Part shown: positions 48,958-61,866 of the stretch, in pieces
How the letters are laid out: every line of letters starts with the position of its first letter
Numbering within the stretch: position 1 is the first letter of the stretch
The notes under the pieces: model-generated
What the model was told of the DNA's origin: nothing
What the model saw: only the letters and a program-made list of their open reading frames with translations
Databases searched by the model: none
From: Octopus sinensis
Taxonomy: Eukaryota
Assembly: GCF_006345805.1 (NCBI RefSeq)
Contig: NC_042998.1
Coordinates: forward strand, 42,284,001 to 42,348,000
DNA length: 64,000 nt
Reading direction: 5' to 3'
Position numbers and translations under genes: made by a program

Positions 48958-49999
48958 CTGAAAATTAAAACGATATATTGTTAGAAAACTTCTCAATTCT
49001 ACACTTAGTTTTTAGCATATATTCAACATGTACAAAACAAAATTTACATAAGTGTACATTTTTCTTTTTTTTATATAAAGTATTTATTTTAGGATTTGTG
49101 TTCTGGAATTATACATTCTCAATGGAAACTCAATAGTTAAGATCCCACCCTTTTAGAATACTTCAAAGCAGATACTGAGAGGAGGGAATAAAAGGGACAG
49201 AAGAAAGAGGAAAAGGGATACATTTAGCTAGAATGTTGGAAACTGAATATTTAGATAGTGTTTATATTTCTTTCCAAAAGAATTTTAACTAAAATTAAAA
49301 ATGAGTTGTGAATGAATGCAAATACAAACTGTTGAAGGAAAAGAATTATGCAAAACTCCACTCAATAGTTTAGATTCTTAAGTATCTGAACTCTTATAAT
49401 ATTCCCAAGCTAATAATGATTCAGCAATAGTTCCAAGTGTAGCTTAATTTCACATATATGTTTCATTGAAAATATTCCCCATAAAGTTTTCACCAAAAAT
49501 GTTATCTTTACCATGAAAATTGAGATATTTTTTCAGTTCCTTTTCCCAGTATTTATTTTTCTTGGAAAATATTTATTTCAAGTGCTTGGTATAATTTCAA
49601 AATCAAGAACATTTCAACTTTTCTAGAATTTTTTGACTGACAGTATTTTAAATGATTTTTTTAAAAGTTTGGACATTGGATTATCGAAAAACAAGTTTGA
49701 AGTTAAGCTCAAATATTGCTGCTGATATTGTGTTGTGCTCTGTAAGAAAGTAAACGGTACTCAATTGCAAATAGAAGCCAGGATTGGTAATGAGACAGTA
49801 TAAGCTCTGTCCAAAAAGGAGAACAGACTTTTAAAACAGTGCATTAACCAAATAGAGCATCATGTTCACAACTGATATATAAGTACTGTTACCTTGCTGC
49901 TTAGTATTATAATAGCCAAATCACATAACATTAGTTAGACACTGATCTACATCTACAAGAGTGAGTGTATATGTAATGTATTTGGTGAGTTGTCACAAG

Positions 50000-50560
50000 T
50001 TGAGCAAGGAAATGTTTGACAGCAGTGCATTTTTGTGAAATCATCTTTCTGATGGAGAAACCATTTGCAGAAATATTTCTAGTGTTGCTTCAGGCCTAGA
50101 AAGGATTTTTTTGAGTTATGTGTTATGTCTCACATGGTACCAGCATTTCAAATTGGAAAGAACATTCACTAAAGGAGATCCCAAATATGGGTGATCATCA
50201 CATTGTGAAACTGCATATTGTATTCCATGAAAATTGTCACCTTACTGTCAATGAAATTTGCATTGCAGTAGACATCTATAAAGTTTGTGCTACATGGTTT
50301 GAAGAATGATTGATGATACATTGTGTTGTCACAAAATCTGTGAACAAAAGGAGGTCTGAATCAGTTATTAAAAAACTGTTTGATTGTGTGAATTATAATT
50401 AAGGTTTTCTGAAGTATCATAACAGGTGGTCAAATATGATTATGTGGCTGTGATGCTGAAAAAAAGAACAGTAATTGTAGTGGCTGAATTGTCATCACTG
50501 TAACTAAAAACAGCACATCAGAGTCACTCAAATGTTGATCATCATTGTTTTCTCATTATA
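50000..50560 (+). mobile_element. Highly decayed mariner transposase remnant
   Basis: Recognisable patches: HTH region, ENCHLTVNEI (cf. EDRRLTVREI), and atcataacaggtg...tatggctgtgatgctgaa (cf. IITGDETWVYGYD). Confidence 0.6.
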
Positions 50561-50582
50561 AGAGCGTCAACCTTGAGTTTAT

Positions 50583-50807
50583 TTAACCATTCAGCATTCA
50601 GATTACTCTATCAAATATAATGCTTTATACACATTGTTCTGAATTAATCATGCATTATCTTGTAGCATTGAGATTTTGATGATGTGGTTGTTTATTTTAA
50701 GGATGACATTGTAGGGTAAGTGAAAGGAGCTGGATCTAGCTTTTTAGAACATAAAACAGGTAGAATATTTGGATGTGATGTGGCCAGATTAAATACTAAA
50801 GGGTTAA
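50583..50807. mobile_element. piggyBac-type MITE
   Basis: TTAA-ccattcagcatt ... aatactaaaggg-TTAA. Confidence 0.75.
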
Positions 50808-50879
50808 CATGGTCAGAGGATAAATAAATAATTTTACTTATTTTATCCTGAAAGCTCAATTCAAGCATCTTCTAAACAT

Positions 50880-51275
50880 GGAAACTCCTGAATATTATTT
50901 CTCAATTTGAAGTGGGTGTGGAAAGTGAAAATTTAGACACATTTTTTAAAGAAGAATTTATTGAAATGACTTTTGACTTTGAAGTGAAGTTTATGTTTAT
51001 ACCTAATGGAATTGGATATTACTGGATAAATAAAAAAAACTTGCAAAATATCCCAAGATTTGTGCAACTGTTGAACTCATTTTACTAGTGTTCCCAAGTT
51101 AGTTTATGGTGGAATCAGCATTTAGCCATATGCATTATTTACTAAACAAACACAGAAGCACTTTGGACATGGACACAAGAACAATAGGTGCTTTGTAGCT
51201 CAAATTCACAAATTTACAACCTAATATTTGTAATTTTCTCCATCCGCACTGAACCTGTCATGGCTTTCCCATTAG
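50880..51275 (+). mobile_element. Decayed hAT (Charlie/Buster-like) transposase C-terminal fragment
   Basis: Patches EEFIEMTFDFEVK, KYPKICATVELILLVFPS*FMVESAFS and LQPNI resemble the hAT dimerisation domain. Confidence 0.6.
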
Positions 51276-53894
51276 AAAATTATTCATGCATTAACGGTGC
51301 ATTTATATTTATGGTTTGCTAATTAATTTGTCCAGAGGTGAATGGAATTTAAATTTTGTTACAAGGGGTGTATCAAGTAAGAAGCTTGAGAAGTCCTCTA
51401 TACAGAAAGGGATATTTGGGAATACTTAAAAATCATTGTTTAAAATAATTTTAGGCTATCAAATAATATTTCTAAATTCTATCAAATATCATTGTTTTAT
51501 TCTGATAATGAAATCAAAATAAAATATTTTTACTTCAAGAAGGCAAAATTTTAATTAATTAAAATTAATCTCCAAAGAAAGTCATGTAGATTAGTATAAA
51601 AAAAAGTATAGAAAAAGATTAGCCTATAAATGATAGAATTTCAAACCCTTTTATAATTATTGTATGATAGTAAGAAACATAGTTTTTATACAATCACAAA
51701 TAGAAGGCATGTGCTGTAGTCAAATGAGAATAACAACATCTGGCTATAAAAATGTTTACCAATGATGCCTGTACATGACATTATTTTTAACATGGAATTG
51801 TATCCCAAGTTGAAAGCAAGTACTACAGTTACATAACAGAAACAACATCTTGTTATAAAAATGTTTAACGACAATGTCTGCAAATAACATTATTTTAAAA
51901 ATAGAATTGTGTATGTAAAAGTGGTAAAAGTAACTACATCCCTATCAAATTTTCTTATCTATTATTCGTCAATACTATTCTTTTATAGAATATCATGAAA
52001 TGAATCAATAACTACTTAAAATCGATGCTAAATTTGGTCTTAGGTTTCAGATATATGATAGCTTAGTCTTTTTCCAACCATTAGACTAAATTTATAATTT
52101 GATTATCATACAATTTATGCAACTCAGTAGAAGAAAGAATAAAACTATTATTATTGTTGTTATTCATCTTCAAAGAATAATTTTTTTTCGAATTTACAAC
52201 TACAGGAAGTACTTATTTAATTCACTTTATATAACTATTCTAAATTTAAATGTATCATTTTTAGGGCTGTGATTTCCTGAAAACTTTGTTATATCTTTTC
52301 ATTTGATTCATTAATCTTGTTCAACAATTAAGTATATTAAACAAATTTAAATCCTGCTATTTCCTAAGCAGTTAGCCTTTGATAAAAATTTAGGACTTCA
52401 AAAGAATAAGAAAATGAGGTGATATAAACCAACAACTGACAGGAAATGTTTTGTCACAATGTCAGAAATAGAAAAATACCACCCCCACTGAACTTTATAC
52501 ATTTTTAAATACAAGGAAATGTCTGTTTTGCTAGTCTTTTAAATTCTAAGATTTTAGATGTATTAAAAAACAGCTTTTGCAAGTGAAGTATTCATAAATA
52601 GGTTGACTGAAAGAGACATTGTGGATGTGAGTTTAAAGCTCACTTTTGGAATAGTATGATTCAATATAATCAGTAAAAATTCTACTACTCTTATTTTACA
52701 TGAATCGTTATACTTAACTGAAGTAACATGACTTAAAGTGGTTGAGATCATGAAAAAAAAAAAAAAAACCACAAATCATTAACAAAGACTTTATAGTATG
52801 ACAAAAGACAAACATGTTCAGAATTTGTGAATATAGAATTTTGTTCACTTCAAGAACAATGATAAATGTATTGTACTAGAGCAGAAAATTTTTTACTCTG
52901 ATCACAAAGCGAAAAGTTAATTTCCACCCAGTTTTGATAAGAAAATGTTTTAAATGAAACATTCAAGGTTTTCAGAGATGAGAATACAAAATAATTGTAA
53001 AAGAGTAAATTGCTAAGTTAACATTTCAGAACTTTACTGTTTATAGTTGAAACAAATTGTAAGACATTTTAGTCATATTGGGTTTCTTTTATTAACTGAA
53101 TAAAAAAAAACAAAAAAAAAAAACTATTTAAAACTCTACTGTTACGAATATATTTTTCAGCAAAGTAGGGAAAAATGTGTTATCTGAGTCAAAGTAAGTT
53201 TTATTATATTTTGTCTTCTTTACTTTTAGTTTCTTTATTTCAGTTTTGGGTGATGTCCCTAAAAGATAATATTCCATTTGCTGTATTTCTTCTTTTAATC
53301 CATTCAAAAATATATTAATGTTTGTTGACATTTGCAACTTTTCCTGTAGTAGTTTGATATGAGGAAAATCCTTTGGGTAAATGCTTCTGAGAATCATAGG
53401 GTGTCAATGTGTGCGACTGAGGAAAGATAAATAGTGGCTTATTGGGAGTGAACTCTGATGTATGTATAACATTGTTTTTCAACAATTGCTTTAAATCATT
53501 TAAATCATTCATAGCATACTTTCAGTATGTTTTATTATACATGCAATCAGCTAAGCCCACTACATAATTAGATTTAAGCCCTAGTACTATCTGGTTAAGC
53601 AAAGATTTAAGGGAATTGATTCCATTCAATTCCTATTTATAAAAATTCTAAGTGCATTTAAAAGAAATTGTATTGTTATAACCACACAGAATTATTGTTC
53701 TTGTTTAGCTCTAAGTAAAACCATAATCAGAGAGGTTCCAACTATTATCATTCTGTTTTTTCTTAATGATATCTCAGACTATAGGAAATTTTAATAAGCT
53801 CATTTGGTACAAAGAATGAAAAATCTAATGTTTTGAGTGGTTACTGTTATTTTTCTAATTGTTTTTTTTTTCCAGCTTTCTCCTCCTGATCCCC

Positions 53895-54173
53895 ATGTCT
53901 GGTTGTGGCAAGGATAGTGAAAGACTGGACAAAGATGATTACAAGCACCATTACAAGATTGAACACAACATCAAAAGCATCAACAAGCTGGTCAACTGAT
54001 ACTAGGTTTATCATGGTAATGGCAAGCACATCTTAGGTGTGATCTGTCAGGAGACTCATGGTGTGCTCAAGCTGGGCATCTGATGCTTGGTTGGTCATGA
54101 TGGCATCAAATGCATCCCTGGCCTGATCTATGGGGAGATTCATAGTGTGTTCAATGTATTTCTTGAGAATGTG
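53895..54173 (+). pseudogene. H4: Histone H4 pseudogene, 3'-truncated, with an 84 bp internal tandem duplication
   Basis: MSGCGKDSERLDKDDYKHHYKIEH-NIKSINK aligns with [32 protein letters not shown]. Two copies of the PAIRR...GVLK segment follow, then VFLENV. In-frame stops are present. Confidence 0.85.
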
Positions 54174-55209
54174 AATATGATCAAACCCTTTTGTCTCAAT
54201 GTGGTCAATTTATATTTACTGCATTGCTTTCTGATTGGCATCATTCAATTAATCTATTACTACTTTACAGGTATTTTCTTCCTTCATCTTTATCAATTTA
54301 TAAAATACCAAATAGTTTAAACTTTTTGAAAAAAAAATGCTTTAGTTTCATTAAGTTTTCTCTCTATACTAATTACTTTTTTGCATATATAAAGAGTACA
54401 CCTTTTTGCCTGTAAAAAGAATGCACTAGCAGGTAAAATGTGGGCACAGGAGTGATAATAGTATATGTATGTTTGTATGTATGTATGTATGTATGTATGT
54501 ATGTATGTATGTATGTATGTATGTATGTGTGTGTGTATGTATGTATGTGTACATACAAACACACACACACACACACACACACACAAGACAGGTTTCTGTT
54601 CATCAACTTTTACTCTCAGTGGCATTGGTTTAAATGAGGCTACAAAAGTAGACATTTGCCTAAGATGCTGTGCAGCAGGGTCAGATCTAGAATCTATAAT
54701 GTACACATGCTAATTCTAAGAAAAGACATTTAGCCTATCTTTAAAATTATTTGGGAATTATAACTACCACAGAACACTAGTGAACGTTGCAACTGAAAGA
54801 TGCCAATTTTTGACATAGTTCTAGGGAACTCCATAACTAATTATTTTTTAATATCAAGAAATGGTTGTATGTGGATGGACTTAACTATTTCCTGAAAATT
54901 ATTCCATTGATCTGTGAAAGTAACACAAATACTCTCCATGCTTTGACTTGCCAGTGTATTATTTCCTTTTGTTCTTCTACCAAGACTAATATGGTTTATC
55001 TTCCTTTAAATTTTTTTTATTACATTTAAACACTGATAAGATATCTTGACTGTATTTATTTGTTGCACACAAACGTATGTAAATGCACAATATGCATGGG
55101 TTTTATGTAATCACACACACACAAATACAAAGATTCAAGCACAGACAGATGATACAGATATGTATAGGTATTGTTAGCTATGATGCACAATCATTTCATA
55201 TTTCTTTAT

Positions 55210-55428
55210 TGCCTACAAGGGGCTAAACATAGAGGGAACAAACAAGGACAGACAAAGAGATTAAGTCGATTATATCGACCCAGTGCATAACTGGTACTTA
55301 ATTTATCGACCCCGAAAGGATGAAAGGCAAAGTCAACCTTGGCGGAATTTGAACTCAGAATGTAATGGCAGACGAAATACCACTAAGCATTTTGCCCGGC
55401 GTGCTACTGTTTCTGCCAGCTTGCCACC
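55210..55428 (-). mobile_element. SINE family C variant
   Basis: ctggtacttaatttatcgaccccgaaaggatgaaaggcaaagtc...ggaatttgaactcag. Confidence 0.8.
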
Positions 55429-56408
55429 AAAGCATGCTCAATCATTTCAGCCAGACTGACATAATCATCGTCGTCATCATCACCATCATCATCATCATTT
55501 TCATTATCACCACCACCACCGTCACCACCACCACAATCATCATCATCATTTTTTCCTCTGCTTTCCATATTGGTATTAGTTGGATTGTTAAGTAAGATTC
55601 AATGAGCCAGAAGACTACATCTTCCACAAGTCCCTGAATTTTAGCATGGTTTCTATGACTGGGTGCCCTTCCTAATGCTAAACATTTTACAAAGTGAACA
55701 GGATGCTTTTATTTTTCTGTGATGTCAGCATTAGCATGGTTGCCTTGTAACCTACAAGACTGAAAACCCTCTCCTCTCTTCTTGAGAAGAAGGATAGGAG
55801 GGTGGTCATTTTGTGTGAGGTGTTGAGAGGTTCATGTTTGATGGAAAGAGTAGGGAAAGGTTTGTTGTTGAAAAGGTTCACGGCTACTTTGCATTTTACA
55901 TGGGTGGGCAGTGGTGCCAGAAAGGGAGATAGATATGATGGTGATGAAGTGCCAGAACATACTTTATGGTAACATGTCCCAGAAGGTGAATAGAAGAGAG
56001 AAAAGAGATGGAAGAGGCTGTAGTGAAGGGAAAGGTAACAGCAGTGTGAGGGGAGAGTGAGAAATGGATACAAACATAGGGTGGAAGTGAATGAAGAAAA
56101 TATTGTACAGGGCTAGGGTGACTGATGGTAAGTATGAATTTTAATTAATTAAAAGTTGACCTGTGGGGAAAAGTGAATCATTAGTAGTATAATCAAGGAC
56201 AGAAGAATCAAACATGAAATTTTAATAGAGTAATCAGAAATCAATTATGAACAATACAGAAGAAATATGTTAGCAATGATCTTATTTGGTTTTCATTCAG
56301 AGCATGTCCCAGAATATTTTCCTATAGTCCTTCCATATTTTATTATATATAAAAACAATTTAAAGAGGTTGTATTAGGTTTAGATTTACCCAGTAAAACA
56401 TGACTTAC

Positions 56409-56549
56409 CTCTAAAATAGCAATATTTCCATTTGATAAACCCACAAAAATAGTTGTAGTCTTCTCTTTAGAGATGTAATTTAAGCTCATTGCTGCTGCAA
56501 GAAGACGTACTTCCCATAATTGTACCCTGGTTTGGTAAGAAACAAACAA
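56409..56549 (-). CDS. Gene B coding exon (LFVSYQTRVQLWEVRLLAAAMSL...IFVGLSNGNIAILE)
   Basis: GAG|gtaagt donor, phase 0. The acceptor is either ttaaccag| (exon start 56549) or aaaccag| (56526). IFVGLSNGNI resembles VFVSLANGEL of ARHGEF17/JIP propellers. Confidence 0.7.
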
Positions 56550-57025
56550 CTGGTTAAATTTGATAAAAGTTAGAAAGTCATTAAAGTGAAAACCAGACAG
56601 ATGTGAGTGAACAGAGGCAAAAAAACAGAAAGTCAAAAGGAACTTGAACTAAGTTTATTAATTTATCTTTCACTTCATTTGGAATAAATTGCAGAACAAT
56701 AAAAAAATGTTGTTGTTGTCATCATCACCACCACTGCTGTCAATGCTGTTGTCATTGTCATTGTTCAGAACTCAGAGTTTCTGTACAACAAATGAATGAT
56801 TGTTGTACTTCATTAGATGTTGCAAGTTTAATGCATACTTACAGCATGCTTAATAGGTATTAACAGGTATTAATTCAGAATCACACACACACGCATATTC
56901 ATCTTTTATCTTTTATTGTTTAATTGTATCAGTCATTAGACTGTAGCCATGCTGGTGCATCACCTTTGACAAAATACAACTAAGGATTTTGCCTGGTGTG
57001 CTAATGATTCTGCCAGCTCATTGCC

Positions 57026-57089
<64 letters not shown>

Positions 57090-57107
57090 AGATGATGATG
57101 ATGATTT

Positions 57108-57305
57108 CAAATTTTGGCTCAAAGCCAGTAAGTTCAGGGGAGGGGATAAGTTAATTACACTGACCCTGTTGATCCACTGGTACTTATTTTATTGACCCCA
57201 AAAGGATGAAAAGCAAAGTCAATGAAATTTCAACTCAGAACATAACGACAAAATGCATCTATGCACTTTGCCTGTTGTGCTGATGATTCTACCGGCTAGC
57301 CACCT
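57108..57305 (-). mobile_element. SINE family C
   Basis: Family C body with an (AAT)n/(GAT)n tail at 57028-57105. Confidence 0.7.
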
Positions 57306-57457
57306 AAAATATAATAATAACAATAATAATAAGACCTACAAACTAGGGAGTTTCTACATTTCTGTATATATTCTAACAAATCTCTACACTGACCATCCTA
57401 CTGTTTTTAAAATGGGATCATAAATCTAAGTACAAAACTTTTGCACACCATACTCAC

Positions 57458-57522
57458 AGTATAAACAGAACGACCAAAAACATTATAAGGTTTCTTATTT
57501 TCAGTAAGACAATTGGAACATC
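57458..57522 (-). CDS. Possible upstream gene B exon (CSNCLTENKKPYNVFGRSVYT)
   Basis: Strong donor ACT|gtgagt, phase 0, fits the 56549 acceptor. Its own acceptor (caag|) is weak. Confidence 0.3.
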
Positions 57523-57669
57523 CTTGTTTGTAGATATGGAAAGTGAAAGGTGGGAAGTGTTTAAAAATGAAAGTTTTAAAGAACAATGATTGAGTGGAAA
57601 GTTTGTTGTCAACAATAGGTTAAGTGAGATTTGCAATGAAAATTAGATGTTAGAGAATGGAGATGAAGA

Positions 57670-58188
57670 AAGACCGAGACCTCTGAGATATGCTGTGACT
57701 GTGAAGACCCGACAAATGAAGTGAGTTCATGGCTTGCGGGATGGCCTACTATGCTAACCTTGGATCATAGAGTGACTCATAGTGCTTGAGGAGACCTATT
57801 GAGTCAAGTACGTCAACACCAACATCAAATAAAAATCAAATGGAAAATGTAGTTAAGATATCCGTGCCGGTGGTACGTAAAAAGCACCATCCGAACATGG
57901 CTGATGCCCGCGCCGCCTTACTGGCTCTGTGTCGGTGACACGTAAAAAGCACCAACCGATTGTGGCCGTTTGCCAGTCTCCTCTGGCCCCTGTGCCGGTG
58001 GCATGTAAAAAGCACTCACTACACTCACGGAGTGGTTGGTCTTTAGAAAGGGCATCCAGCCGTAGAAACACTGCCAGATCAGACTGGAGCCTGGCACAGC
58101 CTCCTGGTTTCCTAGACTCCAGTCAAAACGTCCAACCCATGTTAGCATGGAAAATGGACATTAAACGATGATGATGATGATGATGATG
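57670..58188 (+). mobile_element. RTE-LINE 3' fragment including the ORF end
   Basis: aaagaccgagacctctgagatatgctgtgact matches the LINE at 34109-34140; hairpin units and (GAT)n tail follow. Confidence 0.85.
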
Positions 58189-58374
58189 AAGAAGAATAAA
58201 TAAAAACAATTTTTGATAATTTTTGTTCAAATTCTACTGAGATCGACTTTGCCTTTCATCCTTCTGGGGGTTGATAAATTAAGTACCAGCAAAATACTGT
58301 GGTTGATGTAATTGACTAGTCTCCTCCCCCAAAATTTCAGGCCTTGTACCTATAGTAGAAAAGATTATTATTCT

Positions 58375-58764
58375 CTTTTACTCTTTTGCTTGTTTCAGTC
58401 ATTTGATTGCGGCCATACTGGAGCACCGCTTTTAGTTGAGCAAATCGACCCCAGGGCTTATTCTTTGTAAGCCTAGTACTTATTCTATCAGTCTTTATTG
58501 CCAAACCACTAAGTTACAGGAACATGAAACACACCAGCATCGGTTGTAAGGCAATGTTGGGGGGGGGGACATACACAGACACACAAACATATACACACAC
58601 ATACATATATACAACGGGCTTCTTTCAGTTTCTCTATCAAATCCACTCACAAGGCTTTGGTCAGCTCGAGGCTATAGTAGAAGACACTTGCCCAAAGTGC
58701 CACACAGTGGGACTGAACCCAGAACCATGTGGTTGGTAAGCAAGCTTCTTACCATACAGCCACT
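58375..58764 (-). mobile_element. SINE family A, full length
   Basis: Inverted homologue of 39781-40168. Confidence 0.85.
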
Positions 58765-58780
58765 AATAATAATAATAATG

Positions 58781-58816
<36 letters not shown>

Positions 58817-59847
58817 TGATGATGATGATTATGATTATGATAATGATGATAATGTTGATGGGAGTGGTGTAATGATAGATAGATTTTGAAGAGGGGATTT
58901 TGTAGGGAAATGGGAATTGGATTTAAAAAAGAAATATGCTAAAAAATTTTTTTTTCCCTTTTGCTAAATATAATTTTGAAATTTTTAATTATATGTCTGC
59001 ACATTTATCTCTTTTGAAGATCATAGATGCTGACTTCAGCAATACCGAGGTGGGGAGTAGATTCAAAGAAATGCATTTCCTACCAGTAAACAATCTGAAA
59101 TTTGTATCCTCCTTGTACCCTACTCCAATGATAAGCAAAAGACTTTAGTTGATACTAACACGTAAGTTTTAGTGCAGACAGATTAATTATGAAGGCCAGC
59201 TTCGACAAAGTAAAATATAGTTTTGTCCACCACCACCACCATATTTAGGATGAGGATGATGTTTATCAGAATGTGTGTGCATGTGTATTAGTATATGTAT
59301 GGTCTCTTTCTCTCGGTATAATTGAGAACACACACACACACACACACTCACATATGCATATTCATAAATGAGAGTATGTACATTTATGTAGACCTTTTCA
59401 TATGTACCGTTGCATGTCCTGTGTGTATATGAGTTTCTGTTTCAGTTGTATAAATTCTGTGTGAGCAAGTAGTGGGTGAATGACTATGTGTGTATACATC
59501 TGGGCATATGTGTGTGTGTGTGTGTGCATGCGTGCCTCTGTGTGTGTGTGTGTGTGTGTGTGAGGTTATGTATTTTATGAGTTGATGATTACTGGAAACA
59601 GAGAAACAGGGTGGGACCTTAACAGTTCATCAGATCAGAGTCTGAATATAGGGTTTTTAAGTACAGTCACAAAGCGGTTGGCACTGTTCACTTTTATTTA
59701 TAAATGCTTCTTTAGATCTATTTATCAATTTGTTATAGAAGACTTACTGCATTTCACACCACACCAAATTCTTTTGAAGAACAAAAGGATACTAATTACT
59801 TCAGATGTTATACTGTAAAAGCTACTGTTGCTGCTGCTGCTGCTGCA

Positions 59848-59878
<31 letters not shown>

Positions 59879-60650
59879 TAACGATGACTGCTTCTGCTGC
59901 TGCTGTTGTTGTTGTTAAGCAACAAGACAAGTAAGGGTGATTAGGTGATGGTCTATGGCTTAGGGGCGGGAGACCCCAGATTTTGGAAAAAAAAAACTTT
60001 GGTCGTCTTGTAGTCAAGGGCTCTTCATTGACGCCTGACACCAATGGGAGGTGGCCCTCGAAGTCGCTGGAAATGGAGATCTCCAGGTCCAAATTCTTGA
60101 ACGGCTGCTTTTGCTGTTGTTGCTAATGCACTTAATAGCAATTGAGGCTTCTTAATTTGGGTTCTATTTCAGTTCTTGTTGACACTGTCTTTTGTACATA
60201 TTGACCATAAATAGGAACTTAACTTGTGACTCTTTGATAAGAAAAACTTGTTTTATTTTGTGCTTAATTATTATGATGTTTTTATATGATTTTATTACAC
60301 TTATAAAATTGATCCCTGTATGTTATAATGAATGCAATTGTAGAGTTTTGAAATGTTTTTGATTCAGAACATGAAGAAATTATACAATAACTGCTTTTAT
60401 TGCTTCTTTGTAATCATTTTTTTTTTCAGTATACAACCTTATCTTTCAGCATTCCAAATTCAAAATCTTTTGAAATTGTATTTGCTTTTCATCTTTCTGA
60501 CAAAGCTTTGTGTTTACCTACAGGGTTATTATTTGCTGTCTACAAATAAGAACAGCAGTTATAAGTGAGCTATGAACAACTAATCCAGCTGATGAAGCAT
60601 AATGCTGATAAAACATGTCACACAGTCTGATGACATTATTTATTGTCCAT

Positions 60651-60870
60651 AAGGCGGTGAGCTGGTAGAAATGTCAGCATGCTGGGCGAAATGCTTAGCA
60701 GTACTTTGTCTGTCTTTACGTTCTGAGTTCAAATTCCACTGAGGTCGACTTCACCTTTCATCCTTTTGGGGTCAATAAATTAGGTAGCAGTTGCATACTG
60801 GATTCAATCTAACTGACTAGCTTCCTCCCCGAAAATTTCAGGCCTTGTGCCTAGAGCAGAAAAGATTATT
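60651..60870 (+). mobile_element. SINE family C, full length
   Basis: aaggcggtgagctggtagaaatgtcagc (A-box-like), GAGTTCAAATTCC (B-box), family C body. Confidence 0.85.
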
Positions 60871-61443
60871 TATTGTCCATCTCAGAGTGTTTTCACACAT
60901 ACTATCTATAAGGAGAATTTCTTTTCTGAGACAGTTACTGCAGTAAAGGTCTTTCATCATTTGAGTGTACATTGACATTAGGAAGGACATCCTTGGCATT
61001 AGGAAGAGCATAGAAACCATGCCAAATGAGACTGGAGTCTGGTACAGCCCCTCAGCTTACCAGCCCAGGTCAAACAGTCAAACCGATGTTAGCATGGACA
61101 ATGGATGCTAGATGATGATGATGGTGATGATGAAGATGATGATCATATTAAATATAAATGTACACAGCTTTATTTTAATCAATACTGTTTAATTTATATA
61201 TGCTAGCGAATTTATTATTTGGTGTTAATGTATAAGAACAGCAGTTCTCAATTATGTGTGAACATTGGATTTGGTGTTGTAAGCTGTTGAATTGTAATGC
61301 ATTGTTCTTTGCTTGTACCATTTCTTATTTAATCTTATCCTGTACGTCTTCATTTCTTCATTTCTTATTTAATCTTATCCTGTAGTAGTAGTAGTAGTAG
61401 TACTACTACTACTACTACTACTATACTACTACTACTACTACTA

Positions 61444-61488
<45 letters not shown>

Positions 61489-61559
61489 TTTCATTAACAT
61501 TGTCATCTTTCTCATGATGATCATCATCATTGTCATCACCACTGTTATTTTTTAAACTT

Positions 61560-61866
61560 TTCTCTCTTACTTGTTTCAGTTATTAGACTGTGACCATCTT
61601 GACGAAATTTTAGTCAAATGAATTGATCCCCCAGTACTTTTTTTAAAGCCTGGTGCTTGTTTGCCAAACCACTAAGTTATATTGACATGAACACACCAAA
61701 ATCTGTTGTCAGATACACACACACACAATGAGATTCTTTCAGTTTCCGTCTACCAAATCCACCCACAAGTCTTCGGTTGGCCTGAATCTGTAAAAGAAGA
61801 CACTTGCCCAAGATGCCATGCATTGGGACTGAACCTAGAACTATGTGGTTGGGAAGCAAGCTTCTT
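61560..61866 (-). mobile_element. SINE family A (internally deleted)
   Basis: Homologous to family A at both ends. Confidence 0.7.

Noticed and set aside
52563-53512. Minus-strand ORFs inside a gene B intron
   Set aside because: Flanking exons 56409 and 48957 already join in phase, the peptides have no recognisable motif, and splice sites are unconvincing.
56120-56135. Minus-strand ATACTTACC, like the U1 snRNA 5' end
   Set aside because: The following sequence does not match U1; it is only the complement of a GGTAAGTAT motif.
59029-59161. Plus-strand acceptor and GTAAGT donor pair
   Set aside because: All three frames contain stops; at most a non-coding exon.
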